Positions 54,026 through 64,000 of a DNA stretch of 64,000 bases are shown piece by piece. The position numbers and the translations under genes were made by a program. Within the stretch, counting starts at the first letter, position 1. Each line of letters begins with the position of its first letter. The notes beneath the pieces were generated by a model. It did no database searches, was not told the origin of the DNA, and worked only from the letters and a program-made list of their open reading frames with translations. Source of the stretch: Pseudomonadales bacterium (GTDB lineage Bacteria > Pseudomonadota > Gammaproteobacteria > Pseudomonadales > IMCC2047); the NCBI GenBank assembly GCA_036960805.1, contig JBALXL010000002.1:1735-65734 (forward strand). Reading direction: 5' to 3'.

Positions 54026-54415
54026 ATGAGTACTGAACAGGACCACCGATACCAACTTCACGTCACCGTGGAGACACAATATATTCCCAGCCAGTCAGAA
54101 CCAGACAAGGCAAAGTTTGTATTTGCCTACATCATCACGATTACCAATAGCGGCAGTCAGGCAGCACAGTTACTGAGCCGTCACTGGATTATCACCGATG
54201 CTAATAACGAAGTGCATGAGGTGCAGGGCGAAGGCGTCGTTGGCGAACAACCCACCATCGGCCCCGATAGCAGTTTCAGCTATACCAGCGGCACACTACT
54301 CGCCACCGATGTAGGTCACATGCAAGGCAGCTACCAAATGCTAGGAGAAGATGGTCACCTGTTTGATATCGACATCCCCGCCTTTTGTCTAGCTCCACCT
54401 CACACTCTTCACTAG
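54026..54415 (+). CDS. apaG: ApaG (CorD) protein
   Basis: FAY.ITI.N, RHWIITD, GEGVVGEQP. Confidence 0.97.
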   Translation: MSTEQDHRYQLHVTVETQYIPSQSEPDKAKFVFAYIITITNSGSQAAQLLSRHWIITDANNEVHEVQGEGVVGEQPTIGPDSSFSYTSGTLLATDVGHMQGSYQMLGEDGHLFDIDIPAFCLAPPHTLH

Positions 54416-54430
54416 GTAGACACCAAACAG

Positions 54431-55249
54431 ATGGCCACCTACGCAATCGGCGATATTCAAGGGTGTTTTAACGCCTTCAGCTGCCTGCTCAAAGAAGCAA
54501 ATTTCGACCCCGCTCAAGACACGCTCTGGGTAGCTGGCGATCTCGTTAACCGTGGCCCAGACTCACTCTCAACATTGCGCTTTATTAAGAATCTTGGTGA
54601 TAGCGCCAAAGTCGTTCTTGGTAATCATGATTTACATTTACTCGCCGTTGCCTACGGTATAAAACCAGCCGGCAACAGCGATACCTTCGATGCAATCATC
54701 AATGCCGACGACGCAGAGGAATTATTAAGCTGGCTGCGCCAACAACCACTGCTGTATTATTGCCCTGAGCGTAACTACGCGCTGGTTCACGCAGGACTCG
54801 CGCCGCAGTGGACTATTGAGCAAGCCGTAGAGCTGAATCTTGAAGTTGAAAAAGCACTCAAGGGTGATAACTTCAAAGATTTCCTAACGCACATGTACGG
54901 CGATACACCGGATCACTGGCAGGATAGCTTACAAGGCTGGGAGCGGCTGCGTGTTATAACTAATCACTTCACCCGCATGCGTTTATGTGATGCCAATGAT
55001 CATCTCGACTTCCGCCACAAACACGGTTTGAAAGATGTTCGCAACGGCTTCAAACCCTGGTTTGCCCACGCGCATCGTAAAACCCGCGATATCAATATAT
55101 TGTTTGGCCACTGGGCCGCCTTAGAAGGCGAAAGCAATGAAGACCGCGTATTTGCACTGGATACCGCCTGCGTATGGGGCGGCCGCCTCACCATGATGCG
55201 ACTGGAAGATCACCGCCTATTTAGCTGTAGTTGCGAAACCATCAAATAA
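54431..55249 (+). CDS. apaH: Symmetrical bis(5'-nucleosyl)-tetraphosphatase
   Basis: IGDIQGC, GDLVNRGP, LGNHD, FGHWAAL. Confidence 0.97.
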   Translation: MATYAIGDIQGCFNAFSCLLKEANFDPAQDTLWVAGDLVNRGPDSLSTLRFIKNLGDSAKVVLGNHDLHLLAVAYGIKPAGNSDTFDAIINADDAEELLSWLRQQPLLYYCPERNYALVHAGLAPQWTIEQAVELNLEVEKALKGDNFKDFLTHMYGDTPDHWQDSLQGWERLRVITNHFTRMRLCDANDHLDFRHKHGLKDVRNGFKPWFAHAHRKTRDINILFGHWAALEGESNEDRVFALDTACVWGGRLTMMRLEDHRLFSCSCETIK

Positions 55250-55273
55250 TCTCATTTATTAAGGCTATTTATA

Positions 55274-55603
55274 ATGTCCGATTTCAAACGTATTTCTGCA
55301 CAACAAGCTAAAGACATGATTGATGCTGGCACTGTAACACTAATCGATATTCGCGATGAGGCCAGTTTTCAGGCCGGTCACATGAGTAATTCCATTCATG
55401 TTGACCACCACTCCGTACAGGGCTTTATACAGGACGCCGATCTCGATATTCCATTGATTGTATGTTGTTACCACGGCAACAGCAGCCAAAGTGCTGCCCA
55501 GTTCTTCATAGAAAAAGATTTCAGTGACGTTTACAGCCTCGATGGCGGTTATACCGACTGGTGTGTTCAGTATCCCGAAATCTGCGCTGCCGGCAACGAA
55601 TAA
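55274..55603 (+). CDS. glpE: Thiosulfate sulfurtransferase GlpE
   Basis: DIRD, CYHGNSS active loop, SLDGG. Confidence 0.95.
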   Translation: MSDFKRISAQQAKDMIDAGTVTLIDIRDEASFQAGHMSNSIHVDHHSVQGFIQDADLDIPLIVCCYHGNSSQSAAQFFIEKDFSDVYSLDGGYTDWCVQYPEICAAGNE

Positions 55604-55792
55604 ACATCATCGCTAGTTATTAAGCACTTCCGCTCTAAGCCTTCCCAGCCCTGCTGCTGGGACTTGTCACAGCAAATCCAACGCTCTTCTTCCAATAGTT
55701 CTGGAACTTCACCTTCTGCCTTATATCTAAGCCATTAGAGACAGAAACTTAAAAGTTTTTAATCTTTTTTTTAAAAATTGCCCGCTTTGAAT

Positions 55793-55799
55793 CTATACT
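55793..55799 (+). promoter_or_regulatory. RpoS-like -10 element upstream of yeaG
   Basis: CTATACT 35 bp before the ATG; yeaG homologs are stationary-phase genes. Confidence 0.45.
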
Positions 55800-55834
55800 T
55801 ATTACAAATACGGAAGTTATAAGGGGAGAAATAC

Positions 55835-57757
55835 ATGAGTATTTTCAACCATTATCAGACCCGCTATGAAGAGGCTCAACAGGAAGAATTCTCGTTGCAG
55901 GAGTATTTAAACCTCTGCAAACAGGACCCCACCGTTTACGCCTCAGCTGCTGAACGTCTGTTAATCGCCATCGGCGAACCAGAGCTTGTCGACACATCTC
56001 AAGACCCTCGCCTAAGTCGTATTTTTTCCAATAAAGTCATTAAGCGCTATACCGAATTCCAAAATTTCTACGGCATGGAAGAATGCATCGAGCAAATCGT
56101 GTCCTTCTTCCGACACGCAGCACAGGGACTGGAAGAGAAGAAACAAATCCTTTATCTACTTGGTCCCGTTGGTGGTGGTAAATCCTCGCTGGCCGAAAAG
56201 CTCAAGCAGTTAATGGAACGAGTCCCTATCTACTCGCTCAAGGGCTCACCACTTCAGGAGTGTCCTTTAGGGCTATTCAACCCCGACGAGGATGCGCAAA
56301 TCCTGGAGGAAGAATACGGCATCCCCAACCGCTACGTGACTACCATCATGTCACCCTGGGCCGCCAAACGTTTACAGGAATTCCACGGCGATATCAGCCA
56401 GTTCCGCGTTATCAAGCATTACCCCTCCGTACTGAATCAAGTAGCCGTATCCAAAACCGAACCCGGCGATGAGAATAATCAGGATATTTCCTCATTGGTC
56501 GGTAAAGTCGATATCCGCAAGCTTGAGGATTACGAACAAAACGATCCTGACGCCTACAGTTTTTCCGGTGGTCTGTGTACAGCCAACCAAGGGTTGATGG
56601 AATTCGTGGAAATGTTCAAAGCGCCGATCAAGGTATTGCACCCCTTACTAACAGCCTCTCAGGAAGGTAATTACAACGGTACCGAATCCATCGGTTCAAT
56701 CCCCTTTGACGGCGTGATTCTGGCGCACTCCAACGAAGCCGAATGGCAGAATTTTAAAAACAATAAAAACAATGAAGCCTTTATCGACCGTGTCTATATC
56801 GTCAAGGTGCCCTACTGTCTGCATGTCACCGAAGAAATAGAAATCTATCAAAAACTGCTTAAAAACAGCTCTTTGCATCATGCTCCCTGCGCACCCGACA
56901 CACTCAACATGTTGGCTCAATTTACGGTACTTTCACGTATCAAGGAAACTGAGAATTCCAGTATCTATTCAAAAATGCGTGTTTATGACGGTGAAAATCT
57001 CAAAGACACCGACCCTAAAGCAAAATCGATTCAGGAATACAAAGATGCCGCTGGCGTCAACGAAGGCATGGACGGCCTATCCACGCGTTTTGCTTTTAAA
57101 ATCCTTTCCAAGGTATTTAACTTTGATGCCACAGAGATTGCCGCCAACCCGGTTCACCTGCTGTACATACTGGAAAAACAAATCGAGCAGGAACAGTTCC
57201 CCAACGAGTTGCACGAACGCTACTTGAACCACCTGAAGGAATTTGTTGCACCGCAGTACATCAATTTCATCAGCAAGGAAATTCAGACGGCGTATCTGGA
57301 ATCCTACTCCGAGTACGGTCAAAATATTTTCGATCGTTACATCACCTATGCCGATCTATGGATTCAGGATCAGGAATTCCGCAACCCTGAAACCGGTGAA
57401 ATTCTCGACCACATCGCCTTGAATGACGAACTGGAAAAAATCGAAAAACCCGCAGGCATCAGTAATCCCAAGGATTTCCGTCACGAGGTGGTGAACTTCG
57501 TACTACGTGCCAGGGCAGCCAATCAGGGTCAAAACCCAACCTGGAACAGTTATGAAAAACTGCGCTTGGTGATTGAGAAAAATATGTTTTCCAGTACCGA
57601 AGACCTGCTGCCGGTTATTTCCTTCAATGCCACATCATCAAAAGAGGATCAGACCAAGCACAAGGACTTTGTCGACCGCATGATCGATCGCGGCTACACA
57701 GAGAAGCAAGTCCGATTGTTATCCGAATGGTACCTACGGGTACGCAAGTCTCAGTAA
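55835..57757 (+). CDS. yeaG: PrkA/YeaG family serine kinase (AAA+)
   Basis: GPVGGGKSS, PGDENNQDIS, 640 aa, ends WYLRVRKSQ. Confidence 0.97.
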   Translation: MSIFNHYQTRYEEAQQEEFSLQEYLNLCKQDPTVYASAAERLLIAIGEPELVDTSQDPRLSRIFSNKVIKRYTEFQNFYGMEECIEQIVSFFRHAAQGLEEKKQILYLLGPVGGGKSSLAEKLKQLMERVPIYSLKGSPLQECPLGLFNPDEDAQILEEEYGIPNRYVTTIMSPWAAKRLQEFHGDISQFRVIKHYPSVLNQVAVSKTEPGDENNQDISSLVGKVDIRKLEDYEQNDPDAYSFSGGLCTANQGLMEFVEMFKAPIKVLHPLLTASQEGNYNGTESIGSIPFDGVILAHSNEAEWQNFKNNKNNEAFIDRVYIVKVPYCLHVTEEIEIYQKLLKNSSLHHAPCAPDTLNMLAQFTVLSRIKETENSSIYSKMRVYDGENLKDTDPKAKSIQEYKDAAGVNEGMDGLSTRFAFKILSKVFNFDATEIAANPVHLLYILEKQIEQEQFPNELHERYLNHLKEFVAPQYINFISKEIQTAYLESYSEYGQNIFDRYITYADLWIQDQEFRNPETGEILDHIALNDELEKIEKPAGISNPKDFRHEVVNFVLRARAANQGQNPTWNSYEKLRLVIEKNMFSSTEDLLPVISFNATSSKEDQTKHKDFVDRMIDRGYTEKQVRLLSEWYLRVRKSQ

Positions 57758-57853
57758 AAGCGGGTGCCGAAGTCAGTTAAATCAAACTCCGGCAGTTCAA
57801 GGTAAAGCGACCTGTTCGCAATATCGCTTTACATAAACGACGAGCGTACAACT

Positions 57854-59155
57854 ATGGCTTTCCTGATTATCGACAGGCGACTCAATGGCAAACATAAAAG
57901 TGCTGTAAATCGGCAGCGCTTTCTGCGTCGCTATCGCAAACACATCCGTGAAGCGGTGGCTGACAGCATCAAAAAACGCAGCATCACTGATATGGAGCGT
58001 GGCGAGTCAGTCAGTATTCCGCGTAAAGACGTTTCCGAACCCTCCTTTCATCATGACAAAGGCGGCCGACAAACTCGTATTTTTCCCGGCAATAAGGAAT
58101 TCAAAACAGGCGACCATATTCAGCGTCCTCAGGGCGGCGAAGCGGGTGGTAGTGGACCGGGTGACCCTGCCGATGCTGGTGAAGGCGCGGATGAGTTTGT
58201 CTTTGAGCTGACCCAGGAAGAGTTCATGGAATTCATGTTCGAAGGCCTGGAGTTACCCAATCTGGTCAAAAAACAAATCGTTAACACCACCAGCTTTAGC
58301 CGTGTCAAAGGTGGCTATACCAACGAAGGCATTCCAGCGCGCCTTAACGTATTACAATCCCTACGCAGTGCCTATGCCCGCCGAATTGCCCTTGGGGGAC
58401 GCGCCCGCAAGCAGGTAAAGGCGCTGGAAGCCGAACTCAAAACACTGGAAAAACAAGCCGCCAACGACCGTGATGCAGGCCTTGAAGCACATTCACAACT
58501 ACGAATCAGCGAAATAAAAGCGGAACTGGAGCGTCTTAATAAACGCCTTAAAAAAATCCCGTATCTGGATGATTTCGACCTTAAGTACAACAACGTCATT
58601 GATGTGCCTCGGCCTTCAACCAGTGCCGTCATGTTCTGTTTGATGGACGTATCGGGCTCCATGACACAGGACATTAAGGACATCGCCAAACGTTTCTTCA
58701 TCTTGCTCTATATGTTCCTGAAACGTAATTATCAAAAAATTGATGTGGTGTTTATCCGCCATCACACCACCGCCAGTGAAGTCGACGAAGAGACCTTTTT
58801 CTATTCCAGAGAAACCGGCGGCACCTTGGTTTCCAGTGCACTGCGACTAATGGATGAAATAATTCGCGAACGTTATCCCGAAGACAGCTGGAATATCTAT
58901 GCCGCCCAGGCCTCCGACGGTGATAACTGGGCCGATGATTCGCCAGCCTGTAGAAAGCTATTGGTCGATAAAATCCTGCCAAAATTACAGTATTACACTT
59001 ACGTGGAAATCACCCCCAGAGATCATCAGGCGCTCTGGTACGCCTACGAAAACGTGGTTGATCGTTATCCTGATACCTTCGCCATGCAGCAAATTGAATC
59101 ATTAGATGATATTTATCCGGTCTTCCATAAGCTGTTTGAAAGGAAATCGAGCTAA
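57854..59155 (+). CDS. yeaH: YeaH/YhbH family (DUF444) protein
   Basis: [24 protein letters not shown] (vWA), QASDGDNW. Confidence 0.96.
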   Translation: MAFLIIDRRLNGKHKSAVNRQRFLRRYRKHIREAVADSIKKRSITDMERGESVSIPRKDVSEPSFHHDKGGRQTRIFPGNKEFKTGDHIQRPQGGEAGGSGPGDPADAGEGADEFVFELTQEEFMEFMFEGLELPNLVKKQIVNTTSFSRVKGGYTNEGIPARLNVLQSLRSAYARRIALGGRARKQVKALEAELKTLEKQAANDRDAGLEAHSQLRISEIKAELERLNKRLKKIPYLDDFDLKYNNVIDVPRPSTSAVMFCLMDVSGSMTQDIKDIAKRFFILLYMFLKRNYQKIDVVFIRHHTTASEVDEETFFYSRETGGTLVSSALRLMDEIIRERYPEDSWNIYAAQASDGDNWADDSPACRKLLVDKILPKLQYYTYVEITPRDHQALWYAYENVVDRYPDTFAMQQIESLDDIYPVFHKLFERKSS

Positions 59156-60726
59156 TGAGCAAGAGCAAAGCAACTAGCAACAAGTTCATCGCCGAAGGTT
59201 CCGAATGGACCTTTGAAAACCTGCAGCGTTATGAAGAGGAAATTGCTCGCATTGCCGAAGGTTATCGGCTCGATACGTACCCTAACCAACTTGAAGTGAT
59301 CAGCGCCGAACAAATGATGGACGCCTACTCATCAACCGGCATGCCGGTGGGCTATCACCACTGGTCTTTTGGCAAACAGTTCCTTAATACCGAGCAGGGC
59401 TACAAACGTGGAAAAATGGGTTTAGCCTACGAGCTTGTCATCAACTCAAACCCCTGCATTGCTTACCTAATGGAGGAAAACACCCTCACTACCCAGGCGC
59501 TGGTTATTGCCCACGCCTGCTTTGGGCACAATTCCTTTTTCAAGGGCAACTACCTATTTAAAACCTGGACTGACGCCAGCGCTATCGTCGACTACCTGCT
59601 CTTTGCCAAACGCTATATTTCTGACTGTGAAGAGCGTTATGGCATGGACACCGTCGAATCATTGCTCGACTCATGTCATGCGTTGATGAATTACGGCGTT
59701 GATCGTTACCACCGCCCCACCCCTATTTCCTTTGAAAAAGAAAAGCTACGTCAGGAGGAGCGTGAAGCCTACCTCCAAACCCAGGTCAACGACCTATGGC
59801 GTACCATTCCACTAAAAAAAGAACTCAGCGAAAACGAGGCTCCACGCTTCCCCAGCGAACCACAGGAAAATATTCTCTACTTCATTGAAAAAAATGCCCC
59901 ATTGCTAGAGCCCTGGCAACGTGAAGTGGTGCGTATCGTGCGTAAAATCGCCCAGTATTTCTATCCGCAAAAACAAACTAAAGTCATGAACGAAGGCTGG
60001 GCCAGTTTCTGGCATTACACCATCCTCAACACGCTCTACGACGAAGGCCTCGTCAATGATGGTTTCATGTTTGAATTCTTACAATCTCACACCGGCGTAA
60101 TCTTCCAACCAGATTTCGATTCACCCTATTTCTCGGGCATTAACCCTTATACATTGGGCTTCGCCATTTACAGGGATATACGCCGAATCTGTGAGCACCC
60201 CACCGACGAAGATAAACGCTTTTTCCCCAACATTGCTGGCAGCGACTGGCTCGACACCATTCACTACGCCATGCAAGATTTCAAAGACGAAAGTTTTATT
60301 CTGCAATTCCTGTCACCCAAAGTAATTCGCGATCTCAAACTATTCGCCATACTCGATGACGATGAACACAAAGACATTGAAATCACCGCCATTCATGACG
60401 ATGAAGGCTATCGCAAAGTACGAGAAATTCTTGCCGATCAATATAATCTAAGCAAACAGGAGCCCAATATTCAGGTCTACAATGTTGATGTCACTGGTGA
60501 CCGCTCCATTACCCTGCACCACACCCAGCATAACCGGGTGCCACTACATGCCGAACAAGCCAGCGAAGTCGTCAAACACCTACATAATCTTTGGCAGTTT
60601 GATGTCCACCTGCACTCCTTGCAGGATGATAAAATCAGCGCCAGCATCGAATGTACCGACGAAGATGTAAAAATCATCAGCTCGCCGAATGTAGAGCAGC
60701 ACTCGCCTATTGAGGATGCTCCCTGA
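59155..60726 (+). CDS. ycgB: SpoVR family protein YcgB
   Basis: HWSFGK, GLAYE, AHACFGHNSFF, TKVMNEGWASFWH. Confidence 0.95.
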   Translation: MSKSKATSNKFIAEGSEWTFENLQRYEEEIARIAEGYRLDTYPNQLEVISAEQMMDAYSSTGMPVGYHHWSFGKQFLNTEQGYKRGKMGLAYELVINSNPCIAYLMEENTLTTQALVIAHACFGHNSFFKGNYLFKTWTDASAIVDYLLFAKRYISDCEERYGMDTVESLLDSCHALMNYGVDRYHRPTPISFEKEKLRQEEREAYLQTQVNDLWRTIPLKKELSENEAPRFPSEPQENILYFIEKNAPLLEPWQREVVRIVRKIAQYFYPQKQTKVMNEGWASFWHYTILNTLYDEGLVNDGFMFEFLQSHTGVIFQPDFDSPYFSGINPYTLGFAIYRDIRRICEHPTDEDKRFFPNIAGSDWLDTIHYAMQDFKDESFILQFLSPKVIRDLKLFAILDDDEHKDIEITAIHDDEGYRKVREILADQYNLSKQEPNIQVYNVDVTGDRSITLHHTQHNRVPLHAEQASEVVKHLHNLWQFDVHLHSLQDDKISASIECTDEDVKIISSPNVEQHSPIEDAP

Positions 60727-60891
60727 CAAGCCAGTGAAGAACAAGGTACGCATCTGCGCTCACTTGATAAACCAGCTTTGATTATTTTTCTAATTCGGCA
60801 GCGTGAAACATGTTCAACACCGCTGTTTGGTATAAAATATTTGCTTCGTACAGCGAGAATAACGGGCTCGAAACGCCCAAAAGGAATATCA

Positions 60892-62430
60892 ATGAACATC
60901 GTTACCCGCGCTATTGCTCTAGTTTGCCTATGCCTGTTTATTGTCGGTTGCAGCGTCAACCCCGTGACTGGAAAAAATGAATTCACGCTGGTTTCCGCCT
61001 CACAGGAAGTCAGCATCGGCCAGAAACAATATCAGCCTTCACAACAATCTCAGGGTGGCCGTTATATTGTTGATCCAAACCTGCAAGTGTATGTCCGCGG
61101 CGTGGGCAAAAAACTGGCCGCAGTCAGTGACCGCCCTGACCTACCCTATGAATTTGTGGTACTAAACAACTCCGTACCCAATGCCTGGGCCTTACCCGGC
61201 GGCAAAATCGCCATTAACCGTGGCCTGCTAATCCATTTAGATAGCGAAGCTGAATTAGCTGCCGTATTAGCGCACGAAATTGTACATGCCGCCGCACGTC
61301 ACAGCGCCAAACAAATTACCCGTGGCAAATTACTCGGTGCAGGCTCTCAAGCGCTGGGAATCGTATTAGCCGACACCAACTACGCCAAAGCCGCTAATGT
61401 TGTTACTCAATTGGGCGGCGCTGCCTTTATGGCGCGTTATGGCCGCTCAGCCGAACTGGAGTCCGATGCTTACGGCATGCAATATATGGCGCGCGCGGGT
61501 TACGACCCTTACGGCGCGGTTAAACTTCAAGAAACCTTCGTTAAACTCAGCAAAGGTAAAAGCCCTGATTTCCTAAGCGGCTTATTTGCCAGCCACCCTC
61601 CATCACAGGAACGTGTTAACGCCAACCGAGAACTGGCCAAAACTTTACCTAAAGGAAATACCTTCAGAGCGCGTTACCAGAAAAAAATCGCTCAACTCAT
61701 ACATGACAAACCTGCCTACAAAGCTGAAGGCGAAGCACTAAAAGCCCTTAAAAACAAAAAGCCTGCTCTGGCGCTAAGCCATCTAGATAAAGCGGTTAAG
61801 ATACAACCCAACGACGCTTATTTTTGGGAGTTACGTGGCCATGCCTGGAAAATGAAAGATCATTTCAGTAATGCCCATAAAGCCTATACAACCGCTATTG
61901 GCAAAAACCCTGATCTTTACAGCCATCACTTGGCTCGCGGCATACTTCGCTATGAGCACGGTGATAAACAAGCCGCCGAAGTCGACCTCAAACGTAGCAA
62001 TAAACTACTGCCAACCCAAGCTGCCAGTTTTTTATTGGGCGAATTAGCCGTTACACAAAACAATACTGCGCAAGCATTGCAGTATTATAAGAGCGCGGCT
62101 CAAGCTGGAGGCGATGTAGGCCAAGAGGCTCTGCAAAAAGTAGCACGGATAGAAATCCCTAAAGCCCCTCATAAATACATCGCCAGCCAACCCTATGTGG
62201 ATAAAAACGGCACATTACGAATTGCTATCAAGAACCGTTCCGCCGTCACAGTCACCGACATCGAAGTACATCTCAGCGAAAGCAGCGGTTACGCCTATGC
62301 TTACCGCGTACCCGAGACATTGAAACCCGGTCAACAGACAGCCATTCCAACAGCAATTAAAGGGCTGACCAGTGTTGATGATGCTCGACGTTATCGGGCG
62401 CGAGTGGTTAAAGCGCGAATTGCCCAATAA
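60892..62430 (+). CDS. M48 family Zn metalloprotease lipoprotein with TPR repeats (BepA-like)
   Basis: Lipobox IVGC, PNAWALPGG, HEIVH, E.ESD, SHP; C-terminal TPRs; start at ATG 60892 after AGGA. Confidence 0.9.
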   Translation: MNIVTRAIALVCLCLFIVGCSVNPVTGKNEFTLVSASQEVSIGQKQYQPSQQSQGGRYIVDPNLQVYVRGVGKKLAAVSDRPDLPYEFVVLNNSVPNAWALPGGKIAINRGLLIHLDSEAELAAVLAHEIVHAAARHSAKQITRGKLLGAGSQALGIVLADTNYAKAANVVTQLGGAAFMARYGRSAELESDAYGMQYMARAGYDPYGAVKLQETFVKLSKGKSPDFLSGLFASHPPSQERVNANRELAKTLPKGNTFRARYQKKIAQLIHDKPAYKAEGEALKALKNKKPALALSHLDKAVKIQPNDAYFWELRGHAWKMKDHFSNAHKAYTTAIGKNPDLYSHHLARGILRYEHGDKQAAEVDLKRSNKLLPTQAASFLLGELAVTQNNTAQALQYYKSAAQAGGDVGQEALQKVARIEIPKAPHKYIASQPYVDKNGTLRIAIKNRSAVTVTDIEVHLSESSGYAYAYRVPETLKPGQQTAIPTAIKGLTSVDDARRYRARVVKARIAQ

Positions 62431-62448
62431 AAGAAATTTAAACGCTTA

Positions 62449-62489
62449 AGGTGTAGGGTTGTGAAGCGAACGCTCGAACACCCCCACCT
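62449..62489. terminator. Imperfect hairpin between convergent genes
   Basis: AGGTG..GGGTTGT...ACACCCCCACCT. Confidence 0.35.
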
Positions 62490-62490
62490 G

Positions 62491-63681
62491 TTAAAACTTA
62501 TAACTCAATTGTAGTGTATAAAGATTCCATTTTTCTTTTACTTTACTGGCGGCAAGATTTTCAACAACAGGTAATGTGGCTGTACCTTTTACCTGATGTA
62601 CCTCTCCGGCCAATAACCAGTCCTCGGCCAACTGATATTGCGCACCAACAACAACCGAGTTACTAAACCCATCAGACTTAGGTCGGCCAAACTTCAACTG
62701 ACCTCTACCTGATTTATCATCGCGATTAGGATAATAATCCTCATAGCGACTAAACAGGCGCAGCTTTTCATCAACCTGCCAACTCAACTGGAAATAATAG
62801 GCCTCTGACGTTCGTTGGCTACTCAAACCTGGCGCGATAACATTTTCGTAAATAAAATCAGTTTGCCGATACTCTGTTGTGAACTGAAAGCACTCCCAGT
62901 TATATTCAAATGATAAAACGTAACTATCAATGTCCATATCACCGGGGAAAATAACCAGTGGTGTAGTATCAATACGCCCTTCAAATTTTATATAGGTGAG
63001 GCCAAAGCGCATAAGGCCACCATCATATTCAAACAGACTACGCGCGCCCCAAAGCTTGTCACCCTCAATATTTGCCGGTTGAGAAACGGGGATCAAAAGC
63101 CTCTCAGAACGTTCATCAAAAGGCACAGACCCTCTGAGAAAATCAAAATTAATCAACCAGTTAGCGGCTTCCTTATAACCGGACAAAATGACACTGTCAG
63201 AGGTATGAAAGATATCTCGAAAAGCAGCCGGATAAATAGATTGAGGTAACAAAACAGACGGCCTGGTGGCAGCAACATCCCGTGTTTCATTATAAAGTCC
63301 GTAGGGGTTTTTCACACGTCCAGCCCGCACACTCAAACCAAAACCTAATTGATTAACCAAATTATAATTGATTACCGCGTAATCAACATTGACGCCATTA
63401 GTCGAGGTTTTACCTGCATCGCGATAAAGTCCCTGCACTGAAAACAACAGTTTATCCAGCGGCTGCCAGGAGACACCCAAGCCAACACTTCTGAAATCAA
63501 AACTGGTATCGGTACTATCACCAAAAAAGTTATTTTCATCAGTATAAATGACACCTTGATTAAAGAAGCCATGCCAATGCAATTTCCCCGGCGACTGTGC
63601 AGTAGCTGTAGTGCTCGCTAATAAGCCAGAAAACAAGATAAAGGTTAATTTACCGAACGGATATCGTTCGAACATTTTCAT
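62491..63681 (-). CDS. Outer membrane beta-barrel (porin-like) protein
   Basis: Signal peptide, GR.K.PYGLYNETRDV..TRP...LPQSIY motif, alternating beta strands, C-terminal LQLSYKF. Confidence 0.8.
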   Translation of the reverse strand: MKMFERYPFGKLTFILFSGLLASTTATAQSPGKLHWHGFFNQGVIYTDENNFFGDSTDTSFDFRSVGLGVSWQPLDKLLFSVQGLYRDAGKTSTNGVNVDYAVINYNLVNQLGFGLSVRAGRVKNPYGLYNETRDVAATRPSVLLPQSIYPAAFRDIFHTSDSVILSGYKEAANWLINFDFLRGSVPFDERSERLLIPVSQPANIEGDKLWGARSLFEYDGGLMRFGLTYIKFEGRIDTTPLVIFPGDMDIDSYVLSFEYNWECFQFTTEYRQTDFIYENVIAPGLSSQRTSEAYYFQLSWQVDEKLRLFSRYEDYYPNRDDKSGRGQLKFGRPKSDGFSNSVVVGAQYQLAEDWLLAGEVHQVKGTATLPVVENLAASKVKEKWNLYTLQLSYKF

Positions 63682-64000
63682 TCAAAACCTCCCTAGAGAT
63701 ATAACCTATACTGCCCGGTGTAATAGCCACTCTATCAATCATTTCGTCTTCGGTTTTCACTTCAATAGGTGCAATGCCAATACCTGAATAGACGTATCGA
63801 TCCCAACTACGACGTAATTGATGAGGGAACAGGGAAAGTGTTTTACGGGTAAATAATCGGTGCACAGGATGCGCATCAGGCAAGACAAAAACTGTTATCT
63901 GAGTACCATTTCCCACACGCCTTAAACGCATAGAAAAAATAGCTCTAACCATACTCCGCGTCATCTCTTCAGTTTCAAAACCTCTATGAGCAATCACCCC
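63650..64000 (-). CDS. Small periplasmic binding-protein-like protein (3' part; start lies beyond the window)
   Basis: IFSMR..R..NG..ITVFVLP...H..F...W.R..YSG.G..P......EM...VA.TPGSIGYI; frame open to the window end; overlaps the porin start. Confidence 0.75.
   Translation of the reverse strand, partial: GVIAHRGFETEEMTRSMVRAIFSMRLRRVGNGTQITVFVLPDAHPVHRLFTRKTLSLFPHQLRRSWDRYVYSGIGIAPIEVKTEDEMIDRVAITPGSIGYISREVLNENVRTISVR

Noticed and set aside
57802..57833. Hairpin GTAAAGCGA...TCGCTTTAC between yeaG and yeaH as an sRNA
   Set aside because: An ordinary intercistronic stem-loop with no promoter or terminator evidence for a separate RNA.
60477..61016. 179-aa antisense ORF across ycgB and the M48 gene, and the many other antisense ORFs in the track
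   Set aside because: Shadow frames of well-supported genes on the opposite strand or in another frame.

Overview
Chromosomal window from a gammaproteobacterium with Pseudomonas-like gene order; a marine Cellvibrionales/Oceanospirillales-type organism is my inference. Most of it is housekeeping in two conserved blocks. Block 1 is ilvC-ilvH-ilvI, clpB-pgeF-rluD/bamD-nadE-pilS-pilR, ispH-fkpB-lspA-ileS-ribF-murJ/rpsT and proB-obgE-rpmA-rplU/ispB. Block 2 is trpC-trpD-trpG-trpE-rpe-djlA-murU-amgK/lptD-surA-pdxA-rsmA-apaG-apaH-glpE and yeaG-yeaH-ycgB. Between them (about 26.9-38.4 kb) lies a mixed, partly accessory region. It holds a class II PHA-synthase homolog whose catalytic Cys is replaced by Ala, lhgO, an acyl-CoA thioesterase, argS, a truncated FMN glutamate-synthase-family gene, a two-domain glutaredoxin, and a bufferin-type RiPP cluster (6-Cys precursor, DUF692 MNIO, DUF2063) with no DoxX gene. 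Non-coding elements read directly from the sequence are: two copies of a ~110-bp composite element (GTAG-type REP hairpins around a TACCCC...GGGGTA core), a 139-bp MITE with IS5/IS1106-like ends, TGTCATTCCG-type REPs, a K+ channel pseudogene with four in-frame stops, and structured 5' leaders on rplU and ilvI. I saw no rRNA, tRNA, CRISPR array, prophage or intact transposase. I cannot show a wholly new system from sequence alone. The best candidates are the nucleophile-less PhaC, the nested REP/TACCCC element and the DoxX-less bufferin/glutaredoxin locus. All product calls come from motif recognition and recalled synteny, not database searches.
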